A stretch of DNA of 62,935 bases, filler included, from Octopus bimaculoides (lineage: Eukaryota): assembly GCF_001194135.2 (NCBI RefSeq). It is 6 parts of 6 records of this genome, joined end to end, with 100 filler letters (N's around TTAATTAATTAA, not from the genome) between each part and the next. Parts side by side here need not be neighbours in the genome. Positions count along the whole stretch, not along the records: positions 1 to 15,594 come from NC_069005.1; positions 15,695 to 26,123 come from NC_068993.1; 4 more parts are not named here. One strand, written 5' to 3'. Shown piece after piece: positions 11,319 through 24,129 of this stretch. Each line of letters begins with the position of its first letter. The stretch's first letter is position 1. The notes beneath the pieces are model-generated. The model did no database searches. It saw only the letters and a program-made list of their open reading frames with translations, and was not told the DNA's origin. Made by a program: the position numbers and the translations under genes.

Positions 11319-11442
11319 ATGAGGTAGGTTGGTAAGCATGTAGATAAGTTGATATGTGGGTAGGAATGAAGAAGAGAAATTTAAACATTAATATGAACAG
11401 ACACACAAATAATTGCATATATTTGTACACAGACACTCAAAC

Positions 11443-11480
<38 letters not shown>

Positions 11481-11674
11481 ATATACGTATATGTATTATG
11501 TATGCCTGTGTATGAATGTGTGAGTGCATACGTGTATATGTCGGTTGATGTATAAGTATATGTTTGTGTGTATACACATATATTTATCAACACATATATA
11601 TATATATACACACACACACGCACACATAGGTGTGTGTGTGTACATGTATGTATATGTGAGTGTGTATATGTATG

Positions 11675-11713
<39 letters not shown>

Positions 11714-11835
11714 ACTTATATATGCATATGTACACATGTATGCAAATATGTATTATAGCCATTAACATAATTGTTGGTATTATATATATATAGATAGATA
11801 GATAGATAGATAACGAGATAGATAGATAGATAACG

Positions 11836-11877
<42 letters not shown>

Positions 11878-12159
11878 GTCTGACAAGAGCCACCAGATCA
11901 TCATCCATGTCACATGTGACTGAATACTCTTGACTGGAACACCAGTCTTTCTCAATTTTAACCCCCAGCAGTCAACTGGTATTCATTCATTTTTAGCTGA
12001 GAGGATTGGACCAATGTGAAAATGAAGTTCCTCACTCAAAAACACAGCACACTGCTTGCTTCAGAAGTGAAGATTTTAGTTTGAAAAACGACCCAAAAGA
12101 AGGTCGTTCAAAACATGCTGGCCCTCAACAATGCTGGCCTTGTGCCAAAATTTGAAACC

Positions 12160-12295
12160 AATATGAAAGAAGACATGGGACGAAGTACTGAAGGATGACC
12201 TCTGGACGCTGACCCTTTCAGACGAGATGACAGAGGACTGAGATTCCTGGTGCCTTGCTGTACTCAAAAAGACCCACTCTCCACAGCAGAGGTGT
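12160..12295 (+). pseudogene. RTE-clade LINE extreme C-terminal fragment
   Basis: Translates KTWDEVLKDDLWTLTLSDEMTED*DSWCLAVLKKT, resembling the RTE KTW.E....DL.......DR..WR pattern. Confidence 0.55.
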
Positions 12296-12869
12296 TAAGA
12301 TATTATAATTAGGATTTGGAATAGTTTGTTCTACTCAACTTCAATTAGAAATTCCAGTAACACACATCACTTCTAAGCATAGCATGAAATATTAACACAC
12401 ACCCTTGATGTAATTATGAGTATGCATATATGACCAACATGTGTTTCTGCAAGCATGCATACATACATGCATACCAGGTGGCATATATTCCAGGTGGCAT
12501 ATATTCCAGGTGTGCTAGTTGTGTGCTGCACATCCATCAAAAATGGCGAATCCATTATAAATATTAGCCTAACTCATTAATTAATCACAAATCATAATGG
12601 AAAACTTTTGTTATACCCTGCTCTAAATTTGATGACAGATGTCCTGAAATAACACAGCACACTTTACAGCACATTGTATCATAATATGGTACAGGGTGTA
12701 GTGGAGGATAATGGGAGAATGGCAAAAAATTAATGGCAAAGGGTGTGCGGCAGCTTTGACAGCACAATCGTGTGTTCGTTTTTTGTGGCAAGAAGTTGCA
12801 CATTTAAATTAATTTAAAATTCCTAAAAGTAAAACAAACTTCTTTTTTTAACAATAATTTTTTTTCTTA

Positions 12870-13070
12870 CAGCATCATCATATAACTTTGATCTTAATTT
12901 GAATAAATACTTGCTTTCATGGATCGCAAAATCAGGAAAGACTAAGTGGCCTTGGTTTACTTTCAATTGCAAAAAGTGTACTAATGCAACTCGAGTAAAG
13001 TGGTTCATTGTACGATGAGGTTATTGGACATTTTACATCTCAAAGAAGAATATAACTTACATATATAAGT
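12870..13070 (+). pseudogene. hAT transposase C-terminal dimerisation-domain relic
   Basis: Manual translation ...SQNQERLSGLGLLSIAKSV...YDEVIGHF resembles the hAT dimerisation motif MSQERLSGLALLSIE...D..I..F. Confidence 0.6.
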
Positions 13071-13844
13071 AATTTAAGTAAGTAAAATTATATGGTTTCT
13101 TATTTTCCAGTGTGTGCGCATAAGAAAATTATGGCTTATTTCAGAATGCTTACAATGAATAGGGTATTATCAATTCAGTTTAATTTAGTGCCATATATTT
13201 GTATCCTAATTGAATTAAGTTTACATTATTTACATTTTAGATCTTGCATTCTGAATAGGAATACACAGTTTGTTTGCCTAATTTGAATAATATTAATGTT
13301 AGTCATAGTATAGTCAGTGTGGCAACATACACAATGACAACAACCAAATGCCACGGATACAGACATACGTATGTATTATTATCGGAGCGATGTCTGGAGC
13401 AAAGTATGGCTGAACTTGGGTCCGTGGGGGAGAGAATTCAAATCCTTAATTCATATGTGACAAATGGTCCCGATATCTAGAACTATAAAGAAAATCTGTA
13501 AGACCTTCTTAAGTTTAAAGTATTACAGATACATTCCCTGTCAAAATTTACTCTAAATTAAAAAGGGAAAGAGAACATTTATATAAAATTGACAACAGAT
13601 TTAAAATTTCACTGAAACTATTTTTTTTTTTTGTCAATTCTTGAATTCTGTTGAAGTTTGATTTGTGATGGAAAGATGTAACTAATTAGTAAGGAAGAAG
13701 AATGCTACAAAGGGAGACAATGTGATTGTTAATGAGAGACAACAATAAATGTAAATGAGAAAGGTTAAAAGAGAGAAATACTGGATTAACCCTTTTACCA
13801 TTTAAACTGACCACATCCAGCCCAAATATTCTTTTCTACTCTAA

Positions 13845-14025
13845 GCAGAAGGCCCGAAATTTGGGGGGAGGGAGCCAGGCGATTAGATCGACCTTTGTGT
13901 GCAACTGGTACTTAATTAATTTATCGACCCTGAAAGGATGAAAGGCAAAGTCGACCTCGGCGGAATGTGAACTCAGAATGTAAAGACAGACAAAATACTG
14001 CTAAGCATTTCGCCCGGCATGCTGA
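13845..14025 (-). mobile_element. SINE family B
   Basis: ATCGACCCTGAAAGGATGAAAGGCAAAGTCGACCTCGGCGGAATGTGAACTCAGAA. Confidence 0.85.
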
Positions 14026-14089
14026 TGTTTCTTATTTCTTTATTGCCCACAAGGGGCTAAACATAGAGGGGACAAACAAGGACAGACAA

Positions 14090-14265
14090 AGGGATTAAGT
14101 TGATTACATCGACCCCAGTGCATAACTGGTTCTTATCTAATCAACCCCAAAAGGATAAAAGGCAAAGTCGACCTTGGTGGAATTTGAACTCAGAACGTAA
14201 CGGCAGACAAAATACCGCTAAGCATTTCACCCAGCGTGCTAACATTTCTGCTAGCTCTCCGCCTT
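14090..14265 (-). mobile_element. SINE family B
   Basis: GGCAAAGTCGACCTTGGTGGAATTTGAACTCAGAACGTAAC...GCTAAGCATTTCACCCAGCGTGCTAAC. Confidence 0.85.
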
Positions 14266-14404
14266 TATCTGGCCCAAATATTGTACGTGTTTTGTGTTTA
14301 AACTGGCCAGATCCAGCCTCTCACACCTACCTGACAATGTCATTCTATAAAATAAACAATCACATCACTGAAATATATGAAGCTGTGATATAATGCATGA
14401 TTAA

Positions 14405-14675
14405 AAGGCATCTTGTCCACACTGTGAAGTGGTTGGCATTTGGAAGGCCCTTCCAGCTGTAAAAACCATGCCAAAAGTGACCATACCTGTACTGGTACCA
14501 TGTAAAAAGCACTCCAGCAACACTGTGAGGTGGTTGGTGTTAGGAAGGGCATCCAGACATAAAAATTATGCCCAAGCAGACACAGCAGTTTCGGGTAGTC
14601 TTCTTCCTGGTCAGCTCCTGTCAACCCGTCCAATCCATGGAAGCTGGACACTAAATAATAATGATGATGATGAAT
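14405..14675 (+). mobile_element. RTE-related SINE family D with (GAT)n tail
   Basis: GTGGTTGG(C/T)...GGAAGGGCATCCAG motif twice; ends CCATGGAAGCTGGACACTAAATAATAATGATGATGATG. Confidence 0.7.
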
Positions 14676-15019
14676 AAATAAGCATTACATTTGAGAGAGT
14701 AATCTGAATGCTAAAAGGTTGAAAACATGGAATGGTACTAAGCACATGTGCGTGTGTGTGTGTGTGTGTGTGTGTGCACGCGCACGCATGTGCACATATA
14801 TATTGGCAATGAAGGAGAGATTCAATTTAGAGCATTAGTTATATTCACGGTTAAAATCAATATGGAGAATTCGTTTGTTTCCATACTAGTTTATAATTAA
14901 TGAAATTACCTGCTGGGGAATAATAAATTGTGTGTTTGTGTGTGTGTGCGTGTGTGTGTGTTAAAAAAAAAATCAATCCTAAAAATTTGAATATTCATAT
15001 ATTTTATAAACACAGGCAT

Positions 15020-15192
15020 GAAATGATTTTGTGCTAAAGAAGTTTGCTCTAGGTTCAGTCCCATTGCCCTACCTGGGACAAGTGTCATCTAGTACAGCCC
15101 CAGGGCCAATCAGAGCCTTGTGAGTGGCGGTTCGAAACCACAATCTTACAATCATGAGTCCAACACCCTAACCAATAAGCCATGTACCTCCA
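15020..15192. mobile_element. decayed SINE A head (+) abutting a SINE C-type tRNA head (-)
   Basis: AGGTTCAGTCCCATTG...GGGACAAGTGTCATCTAG, then TTCGAAACCACAATC...CACCCTAACCAATAAGCCAT. Confidence 0.55.
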
Positions 15193-15594
15193 CTTAAGCG
15201 ACAAAGGAAGGAAGAGGAGCAGTTGGAGGGGGGGTGAGATGAAGAAGGATGAAGAGGAATGAAGATGGGGTGAAGAGGTGAGGAGGTGAGGAGAAGCCGG
15301 GGGGGGCAGGTTCTTATGCAGGGAATTAATCTAAATTTATTCCAAGTCAAGATGAGTTTAAATTGGTTGGAATTTTTGGAATTGAATAAAAATGGAATTT
15401 GTATTTTTTCTGAAGAGGCAAACAGACATGGGGGAACCCTTGAATGTCAACAGGTTGTTTTAGGGTTCAAAGGATATTTGGAGCATTTTTGGGGAGGCAT
15501 AATGTCCAAATATTGCTTACAGAGAAGACTTGGGGGAAGTGTCGGTCCATACGAAGAAGGTGGTGGTGGTGGTGGTGGTGGTGGGTGGTAGTGA

Positions 15595-15694
15595 NNNNNN
15601 NNNNNNNNNNNNNNNNNNNNNNNNNNNNNNNNNNNNNNTTAATTAATTAANNNNNNNNNNNNNNNNNNNNNNNNNNNNNNNNNNNNNNNNNNNN
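15595..15694. other. artificial assembly spacer (44 N + TTAATTAATTAA + 44 N)
   Basis: The same 100-bp structure occurs five times; the 12-mer has stops in all six frames. Confidence 0.9.
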
Positions 15695-15720
15695 GAGTTA
15701 CGTCAATCCTTTTTTAAAAA

Positions 15721-15780
<60 letters not shown>

Positions 15781-16319
15781 CGAGTGAAAGAGCAGTGCAT
15801 GCCATCAAAATGACACTGCCCAATATACAAAGCCCAATATACCCGTCTGATAAGGGTATACCAGGCACATGCATCACAACCATATGTGCGCGATATGGTG
15901 ATCTCATATCAAGATAAACAGCGCATGACTTCGCAGGTGGGGCCCAGTTGGAATTTTTTTCAGGTCGAGTAGCCCATCTCGCTCAAAAGGTCCCTGAATA
16001 AGGTTTGTTTAAGGATGTTGAGCAAAACACCCATGTTTCCAAAGGTGCCTTATTTAAACCCCAAAGAACTCCTCTCAACACATGGCTATGATGCTTCCCC
16101 ACTACTTCTGCTCGTGATCAGCGATGCACATATCATCAGCCACCAAGGGACATGCTCAACTGGTTTAAGGTCAAACAACTGACAAGCAAATCTGTAGTAT
16201 TAAGCAGAATATTTGCTGTTGCAAAATATTTATACCAAGACAAAACAACGAACATGATGACACTTCCAATCAATTAAGATCAGAAACCATGAGAGCCACT
16301 GCCTGGTAGTGCATCCGGG

Positions 16320-16320
<1 letters not shown>
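15781..16320 (-). mobile_element. ~540-bp non-coding interspersed element (family E), flanked by (TTA)n on both sides
   Basis: High similarity to 16361-16733, 7401-7487 and the reverse complement of 61394-61750; no tRNA head or credible ORF seen. Confidence 0.85.
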
Positions 16321-16359
<39 letters not shown>

Positions 16360-16360
16360 G

Positions 16361-16733
16361 TTCAGTGACAGAGCAGTGCATGCAATCAAAGTGACACTGG
16401 GGTAAAATATGCGAAGCCCAGTAAACCCATCATGACTAATCGTCTGATAAGTATACACCAGGCACATGCATCACAACCATATGTTCGCGACATGGTGATC
16501 TCATATCAAGATAAACAGTGCATGACCTTGCAGGTGGGACCCAGTTAGAATTTTCTTCGGGTCGAGTAGCCCATCTCGCTCAAAAAGGCCCACGAATAAG
16601 GTTTGTTTAAGGATATTGAGCAAAGCATCCTGTGGTGTGTTATTCAAACCCCAAAGAATTTCTCACAGCACATGGCTATGATGCTCCTCCACTACTTCTG
16701 CTCATGATCCAAGATACACATATCGTCGACCAC
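16361..16733 (-). mobile_element. truncated family E copy in a (TTA)n array
   Basis: Collinear with roughly the first 370 bp of the copy at 15781. Confidence 0.85.
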
Positions 16734-16861
16734 CATTATTATTATTATTGGTGTTGTTGCTGCTGTTGTTGTTGTTGTGGTTGTTGTTGTGGTTGTTGTT
16801 GTTGTGGTTGTTGTTGTTGTGGTTGTTGTTGTTGTTGTGGTTGTTGTGGTTGTTGTTATTA

Positions 16862-17611
16862 TAATTGCCTTTGCACAACTTCTAATGCTGGAGATGTACT
16901 ACAGTGTCAGCTGTTCACTACCAGTGAACTAAGGTAACACCTCTTATCTTTCGAGCACCTTCCGGAGTATTCGAGCAGTTCCAAGCAGTACTGTTTTCTG
17001 CAAGTGCTCCACCCTTATTGCAGCCCTATTTGTTCCATGTACTTCTCGAGATTTTTACTCACTGTTCCCAGGGTTCCGACAATTATTGGTACTACTGCTA
17101 CCTTTTTCATCGACCACAACTGCTTAACTTCCTAAGTTAACCTGTCATATCTCTCGACATTTCTTTCTTCCTTATCGCATACCTTATCAGCTAGGCATGC
17201 TATATCTATGATCCAGCATAGTTTGTTTTCTTTCTCAATTAAGACTATGTCTGGCTTCTTATTTTCTATCTCATGGTCGCACTGAACCATAAAATCCCAT
17301 AGGATCTTTGCATCTTTATTTTCGACGATGCCTTCAGGTTTGTGGTCGTACCAATATTTTGTTCTGTCAAGTCCATATTTGTTGCAAAGTGTCCAATGGA
17401 CAAGCCTGGCTATATTGTCGTGGCGTCTCTTATATTCCTTCTGGGCTAGTGGTATACATTGGCTGGTAATATGCCATACGGTTTCACCGTTTTGTCCACA
17501 GGTTCTGCACTTATCACTTTCTGATGTGTTGTCTATTCTGTATTTTATGTAGTTTGTTCTTAGTGCTTGCTCTTAGGCAACACAGATTAGAGCCTCCGTT
17601 TTCGGTTTTAA
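16862..17611 (-). mobile_element. R4/Dong-type non-LTR retrotransposon, 5'-truncated 3' fragment (CCHC + RLE + 3' UTR)
   Basis: Manual minus-strand translation CRTCGQNGETVWHITSQC (CX2CX8HX4C), KILWDFMVQCDHEIENKKPDIVL, PIIVGTLG, LQKTVLLGTARILRKVL; flanked by TTA/TTG repeats. Confidence 0.9.
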
Positions 17612-17664
<53 letters not shown>

Positions 17665-17667
17665 TCC

Positions 17668-17870
17668 GGCGGCAAGCTGGAAGAATCATTAGCACGCCGA
17701 GCGAAAAGCTTAGCGGTATTTCGTCCGTCTTTACGTTCTCAGATCACATTCCACCGGACTCAACTTTGCCTTTCATCCTTTCGGGGACGATAAATTAAGC
17801 ACTGGGGTCGATGTAATCGACTAGTCCCCTCTCCCAAAATTTCGGGCCTTGTGCTTATAGTAGAAAGGAT
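17668..17870 (+). mobile_element. SINE family B
   Basis: GGCGGCAAGCTGGAAGAATCATTAGCACGCCG head; ACTTTGCCTTTCATCCTTTCGGGGACGATAAATTAAG core. Confidence 0.85.
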
Positions 17871-17959
17871 TTATTATTATTATCATTATTATTATCATTA
17901 TTATTATTATTATTATTATTATTTGATGAAAACTCTCAGCTTATTTTGCTGGGTATGAA

Positions 17960-18085
17960 GGAAAGTGCTTAGCGGTATTTCGTCCGTATTTACGTTCTGA
18001 GTTCAAATTCAACCGAGGTCGACTTTGCCATTCATCCTTTCGGCTTCAATAAAATAAGTATCAGTTGAGTACTGGAGGTGATGTA
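17960..18085 (+). mobile_element. SINE family B, truncated
   Basis: GCTTAGCGGTATTTCGTCCG...GAGTTCAAATTCAACCGAGGTCGACTTTGCC. Confidence 0.8.
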
Positions 18086-18094
18086 ATTATTATT

Positions 18095-18191
18095 GTGTGA
18101 CGCAAACTCACAGCTTGTTTTGCTTGGTATGATGATAAGTGTCAGCTGTCCACAGCCAGCAGACTGAGGTGACACTCATTTACTGGTCATG
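18095..18191 (-). mobile_element. 3' UTR fragment related to the R4-type element at 16862
   Basis: GTGTCAGCTGTCCACAGCCAGCAGACTGAGGTGACAC resembles GTGTCAGCTGTTCACTACCAGTGAACTAAGGTAACAC at about 16905. Confidence 0.55.
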
Positions 18192-20977
18192 NNNNNNNNN
18201 NNNNNNNNNNNNNNNNNNNNNNNNNNNNNNNNNNNNNNNNNNNNNNNNNNNNNNNNNNNNNNNNNNNNNNNNNNNNNNNNNNNNNNNNNNNNNNNNNNNN
18301 NNNNNNNNNNNNNNNNNNNNNNNNNNNNNNNNNNNNNNNNNNNNNNNNNNNNNNNNNNNNNNNNNNNNNNNNNNNNNNNNNNNNNNNNNNNNNNNNNNNN
18401 NNNNNNNNNNNNNNNNNNNNNNNNNNNNNNNNNNNNNNNNNNNNNNNNNNNNNNNNNNNNNNNNNNNNNNNNNNNNNNNNNNNNNNNNNNNNNNNNNNNN
18501 NNNNNNNNNNNNNATTATTATTATTATTATTATTATTATTATTTTATAAAGATTGACGTAATTCTTCACGAAGGTAAATAGACAATAAGAAGAGTGCGAT
18601 GCGATTGTAATAGATTGTTTATCGGTTTGAATGTTATTTCGAAAGCTCGCCAGTCTTTTTTAAGTTCAAAATGTAAAATGAGAAATTAAAAATTTGAACG
18701 AAGAAATCCTGCGTTCTCATTTTGACAGAATGACGTCATCAGTCTTCAATTTTGTAACTGGAAAAAGGAAAAAGAAAGAAAAAAGAATAGAAAGAAAGAA
18801 AAAATATTTAGTCAAACAGTTTTGTGTAAATGTGATGAAATCCACCCATCATTTTATTCAATCTTCCAAGGAGTGATGTTCAGAATATTTTCTGAGAATG
18901 TGCATTTTCAGGTGTTCCTCCAAAGTGCAGCCGCTTGATGTAAAATTCTTAGCAAGTTCTGTCGAAGTACTGCTGTTGTGCCCATTGAATTCTTTGTTTA
19001 ATTGTAATATTTTATTTTGCTACTATCGAGTTATTTTCTTTTCGAAATTATGGCAGTGTTTAACCCCACAAACTGTTTGAATGGGGAGGTAGTAGGAGGC
19101 TCTCACTCCGCTACCAGCTTCATTAGAGAGTGTATACACGACAATAACAACATTAACAAATTTAACGAAAGCAACATAAGCAAAAGCCAAGTTTGCGAAA
19201 AGAAGAGCGCTGCTTTGATTACAGTTGAAAGTCCAACGACAAAAATAGCAGTAACAGCGACAACAACAATAACAACACCAACAACAGTAACAACACCAAC
19301 AACATTAGCAACAGCTATAACAGCACACACAACAGAACTAGAGGCCACCACCCAGGAAGATATCCAATTCTCTGTTACTCTCACTCCTTCCCACCTTCTT
19401 TCAAACATACACATACGCACATATGCGCTCACTGAAGCATACCTCCCTCTCCACCCCACCCTAATTTGAATATTGCCCGTGAATATTAATAAAAAATATA
19501 ATTTTCTACGAGAAATAACTCAATTCTTAGATTGACAAATCTTCCATCTTCTATCTGTCACCATCAAGCTTTCGCTCTATATATTAACCACAGTCTTTAT
19601 CACACACACTCTCACCCTCTCTCTCTCTTTCTGAGTTTGTATTATCTCTCACACATTGCTTTCATTTTGTCTAAATCATCTTCTAATATTTACTTTCATT
19701 TTATGATACACAACTACCACGCGCGAATCTTGTTTTCTGATTAGGTAAAAATGATCAAATTTTAAACCTCTGTAACATCTTTGTAAAATGTAATAAATGA
19801 ATCACAAAATCTGATTCATCTTGAAAATTACATCAATATAACAATTTTGAAATTTTTCACTTAATTTTAAAATTTCAAAGTCTATGATAGCAACAGAAAA
19901 GTTCACCCTCTCTCTCTATTTGTCTATCTGTTTAATTTTTCGTTTTTCTCATAGTAAACTTTTCCCCTCTCTCTATACATATATTTATCACACTCTCTCT
20001 CTATATATAAAAGTATATCGCTCTCGCTGAGTGTGTGTGTGTGTNNNNNNNNNNNNNNNNNNNNNNNNNNNNNNNNNNNNNNNNNNNNNNNNNNNNNNNN
20101 NNNNNNNNNNNNNNNNNNNNNNNNNNNNNNNNNNNNNNNNNNNNNNNNNNNNNNNNNNNNNNNNNNNNNNNNNNNNNNNNNNNNNNNNNNNNNNNNNNNN
20201 NNNNNNNNNNNNNNNNNNNNNNNNNNNNNNNNNNNNNNNNNNNNNNNNNNNNNNNNNNNNNNNNNNNNNNNNNNNNNNNNNNNNNNNNNNNNNNNNNNNN
20301 NNNNNNNNNNNNNNNNNNNNNNNNNNNNNNNNNNNNNNNNNNNNNNNNNNNNNNNNNNNNNNNNNNNNNNNNNNNNNNNNNNNNNNNNNNNNNNNNNNNN
20401 NNNNNNNNNNNNNNNNNNNNNNNNNNNNNNNNNNNNNNNNNNNNNNNNNNNNNNNNNNNNNNNNNNNNNNNNNNNNNNNNNNNNNNNNNNNNNNNNNNNN
20501 NNNNNNNNNNNNNNNNNNNNNNNNNNNNNNNNNNNNNNNNNNNNNNNNNNNNNNNNNNNNNNNNNNNNNNNNNNNNNNNNNNNNNNNNNNNNNNNNNNNN
20601 NNNNNNNNNNNNNNNNNNNNNNNNNNNNNNNNNNNNNNNNNNNNNNNNNNNNNNNNNNNNNNNNNNNNNNNNNNNNNNNNNNNNNNNNNNNNNNNNNNNN
20701 NNNNNNNNNNNNNNNNNNNNNNNNNNNNNNNNNNNNNNNNNNNNNNNNNNNNNNNNNNNNNNNNNNNNNNNNNNNNNNNNNNNNNNNNNNNNNNNNNNNN
20801 NNNNNNNNNNNNNNNNNNNNNNNNNNNNNNNNNNNNNNNNNNNNNNNNNNNNNNNNNNNNNNNNNNNNNNNNNNNNNNNNNNNNNNNNNNNNNNNNNNNN
20901 NNNNNNNNNNNNNNNNNNNNNNNNNNNNNNNNNNNNNNNNNNNNNNNNNNNNNNNNNNNNNNNNNNNNNNNNNNNNN

Positions 20978-21032
<55 letters not shown>

Positions 21033-21413
21033 CAACCATGTCTTTAAAAACTCAGTACACTGTGTTCTTAAGCTCGAGATTTACTGTACTTAGAATTATC
21101 TTAAAGCTTATATATTTTGTTCAAAATGTATTTTGAATTTTATCTTGGAGTGTCTTTTATTTGTGAATAACACTCTGAATATCTTATCTACTTCTGAATT
21201 TATATATGATGGCAATCTTCAACATACTTTTATTCATAATGTCTTTTAGTAAAAGTTTTTGAGATGAGACACAAGTATAGAAGGTTGAGCGAGCCGACGC
21301 TTAATCGCCCTAATATGTATAGGAGAAGCAATCGTTAATATTCTACAGATAACAAAGGAGAAATATTGCTTGCATGATCTCCATGTTCTCATTCCCTCAG
21401 TACCAATGTTTGC

Positions 21414-21487
<74 letters not shown>

Positions 21488-21799
21488 GTGTGTCTGTCTG
21501 TCTGTCTGTTCTATGTGTGTATATACACTCATTATACACACACACACCACACACATGCACATACACTCACACACATATTTGGCCGTCTGCAAATCCAACA
21601 CTAGTTGTTTTCATTTGGAACAAAACAGGTATTCATTCAGTTCTTAGAACTTAACAGACAAAAGGACGTCTGTTGGGGTGATAGCAAGGAACTTAAGGTT
21701 GAAATGTGATTGAGAGAGGTGGGGATATGAATTTGGTAGAATGACCCGGTTGTTCTGTAGAGGCGATTACGTGACTAACAATTTTCACACATTGAGCAA

Positions 21800-22490
21800 C
21801 AACTAAAATAGCAACAACTGTGAAAACATCAAGGAACGCAAGTACTTCGTGTGAATTGTAATGATGAGGGGGAGTAGGAGTAGGAGGACAGGAGGGGAAG
21901 GAGAGGCAGAGAAAGTGGAATAGTGGTTGTGGAGTTTAAGAGTAGTTATGGGAGCGAGTGGCGAGTGGAGGTTGCTGAGATTTGGTAGTTGTGAGTTATT
22001 GTTGGCGGTGGGGTAACATTGAGAACAATGGAGATGATTACAACAATGAGTATGATAATGACGATGATAATGGTAATGATGATGAAGCAGAAGGCTGGAC
22101 ATAAAGATGATCATGCTCATCAAAAGGAGGGAAAGTGATGGTGGTGGGTGTTGTGTTGATAAGGATAATAGCAATGAACATTGTGATGGGGGAAGATGCT
22201 GGGAATGATGAAATAGTAGGTGGTTAGTATTAGTGATGGTAGTGATGACGACGTTGCTGACTGTGATAATGCTTACTAAAGTAAATTTGGTACCATTGTT
22301 GATAATGACAAAAGACGACGACGTTTGTAATGATAATGATAGTTGATGGTGATGGCTTTTGTTGATGACTATGGCAACGAAGATGACGTAGAAGACGTTG
22401 ATGATGAAGATGACGACGACAGTGACAACGACAACGATAACACCGAGGATGTTGATGATGGTTGCATGAAATGAGATGATAACATTAGTT
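21800..22490 (+). repeat. degenerate (GAT/GAC/GGT) trinucleotide low-complexity region
   Basis: Visible degenerate triplet runs. Confidence 0.75.
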
Positions 22491-23129
22491 ACCCAACCCA
22501 TATGTCAATTTTCGCTCTGAACACCCAACAAATGACTGAGTCTTCTGATTGAAATCCTATCATAGTATTTGGTTATCGATCTGTCTCCAAAACATGTGTT
22601 AAAGCTGGTCACCGAGGACCTCAAGCCGTCAGTATAATCTTATATTGTAGATCTCAAGCATGCACATTTTTGATGACTAAGTTATTTTTTAAAAGGGTAA
22701 TATCTCGTATTCTGTGGCTTACAAAACACAAAATTTAAAATAAAACAGCCTCATTGAGCTGCCTGCCAGTATTAAAGCCACAGCGTTTAAACAAATTTGA
22801 AATATATCTTTTTAAAACCAGATAATAACTGTATATCTACCACATTATGCCTTTTTATGAAGCTGGGTTACTGATGTAAATAATGCATCCCAATTTAATC
22901 TTTTTGTTTGCATTTGTGAAGAAGTGAATGTCTTGGTAAAGAAGCGAAACAAATCTAGGCCACAGTTTACTAAAATACCAGCCTGAATTCTCTAAGAACC
23001 ACAATCACAGTATTAGTTTTCATGTGAGAAAGACGCAAATAGATTGGGTGTATGTTACCAATATACTGTTATAGAATTTCTGCCCATTTTGCCTATTTTC
23101 TAAACTATTTAGAAACAATGTATAACGTT

Positions 23130-23220
<91 letters not shown>

Positions 23221-23723
23221 TATAATTTAGAACAAACAGTAAAAGGTTGTAATTATAGTACTTGGAGTTTCGAATGTCGGAGCGAAGAGCTACGATACAT
23301 TCCCGTCGGCTATCAATGGCAACAGGCTCTATGAAAAACTGTTAAATAAAAGTGAAGTAACTCTAATAGGTAAACCTCCTGCGTGATCTTAGGGTGCCCA
23401 AAATCGTAACAGGTATTTTGTAACATGTGGACATGATCCCAAAACTCCAGTTCTTGTTACGTGTATGCGTGTAAGCACCTATGTGTATATGAGGATGTGG
23501 TTGCAGACATATACATATGTGTGTGTGTGTGTCTGGTTTCGAGGTTTCGAGATTCTTATGACATATATNNNNNNNNNNNNNNNNNNNNNNNNNNNNNNNN
23601 NNNNNNNNNNNNNNNNNNNNNNNNNNNNNNNNNNNNNNNNNNNNNNNNNNNNNNNNNNNNNNNNNNNNNNNNNNNNNNNNNNNNNNNNNNNNNNNNNNNN
23701 NNNNNNNNNNNNNNNNNNNNNNN

Positions 23724-24095
23724 TAAGTAGCTTGCTTACCAACCACATGGTTCCGGGTTCAGTCCCACTGGGTGGCACCTTGGGCAAGTGTCTTCTACTA
23801 TAGCCTCGGGCCGACCAAAGCCTTGTGAGTGGATTTGGTAGACGGAAACTGAAAGAAGCCCGTCGTATATATGTATATATATATATGTTTGTGTGTCTGT
23901 GTTTGTCCCCCCACCATCGCTTGACAACCGATGCTGGTGTGTTTACGTCCCCGTAACTTACGGTTCGGCAAAAGAGACCGATAGAATAAGTACTAGGCTT
24001 ACAAAGAATAAGTCCTGGGGTCGATTTGTTCGACTAAAGGCGGTGCTCCAGCATGGCCGCAGTCAAATGACTGAAACAAGTAAAAGAATAAAGAG
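23724..24095 (+). mobile_element. SINE family A, near full length and CpG-retaining
   Basis: Head, TTGGGCAAGTGTCTT core (resembles the CORE-SINE motif TTGGGCAAGTCACTT), internal (TA)n(TG)n, 3' half ending GAAACAAGTAAAAGAATAAA. Confidence 0.9.
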
Positions 24096-24129
24096 TAAAG
24101 AGAGTATATATATATTGTATTTTACTCAC

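Noticed and set aside
15639-15650. TTAATTAATTAA as a conserved biological motif or piggyBac target
   Set aside because: It is always centred in exactly 88 N, which marks it as an assembly linker.
18860-18990. Minus-strand EEHLKMH resembling a C2H2 zinc-finger end
   Set aside because: The CX2C pair is absent at the required spacing.
19017-19469. Thr-rich mucin-like 150-aa ORF
   Set aside because: Explained by degenerate (ACA)n repeats; no splice or homology support.
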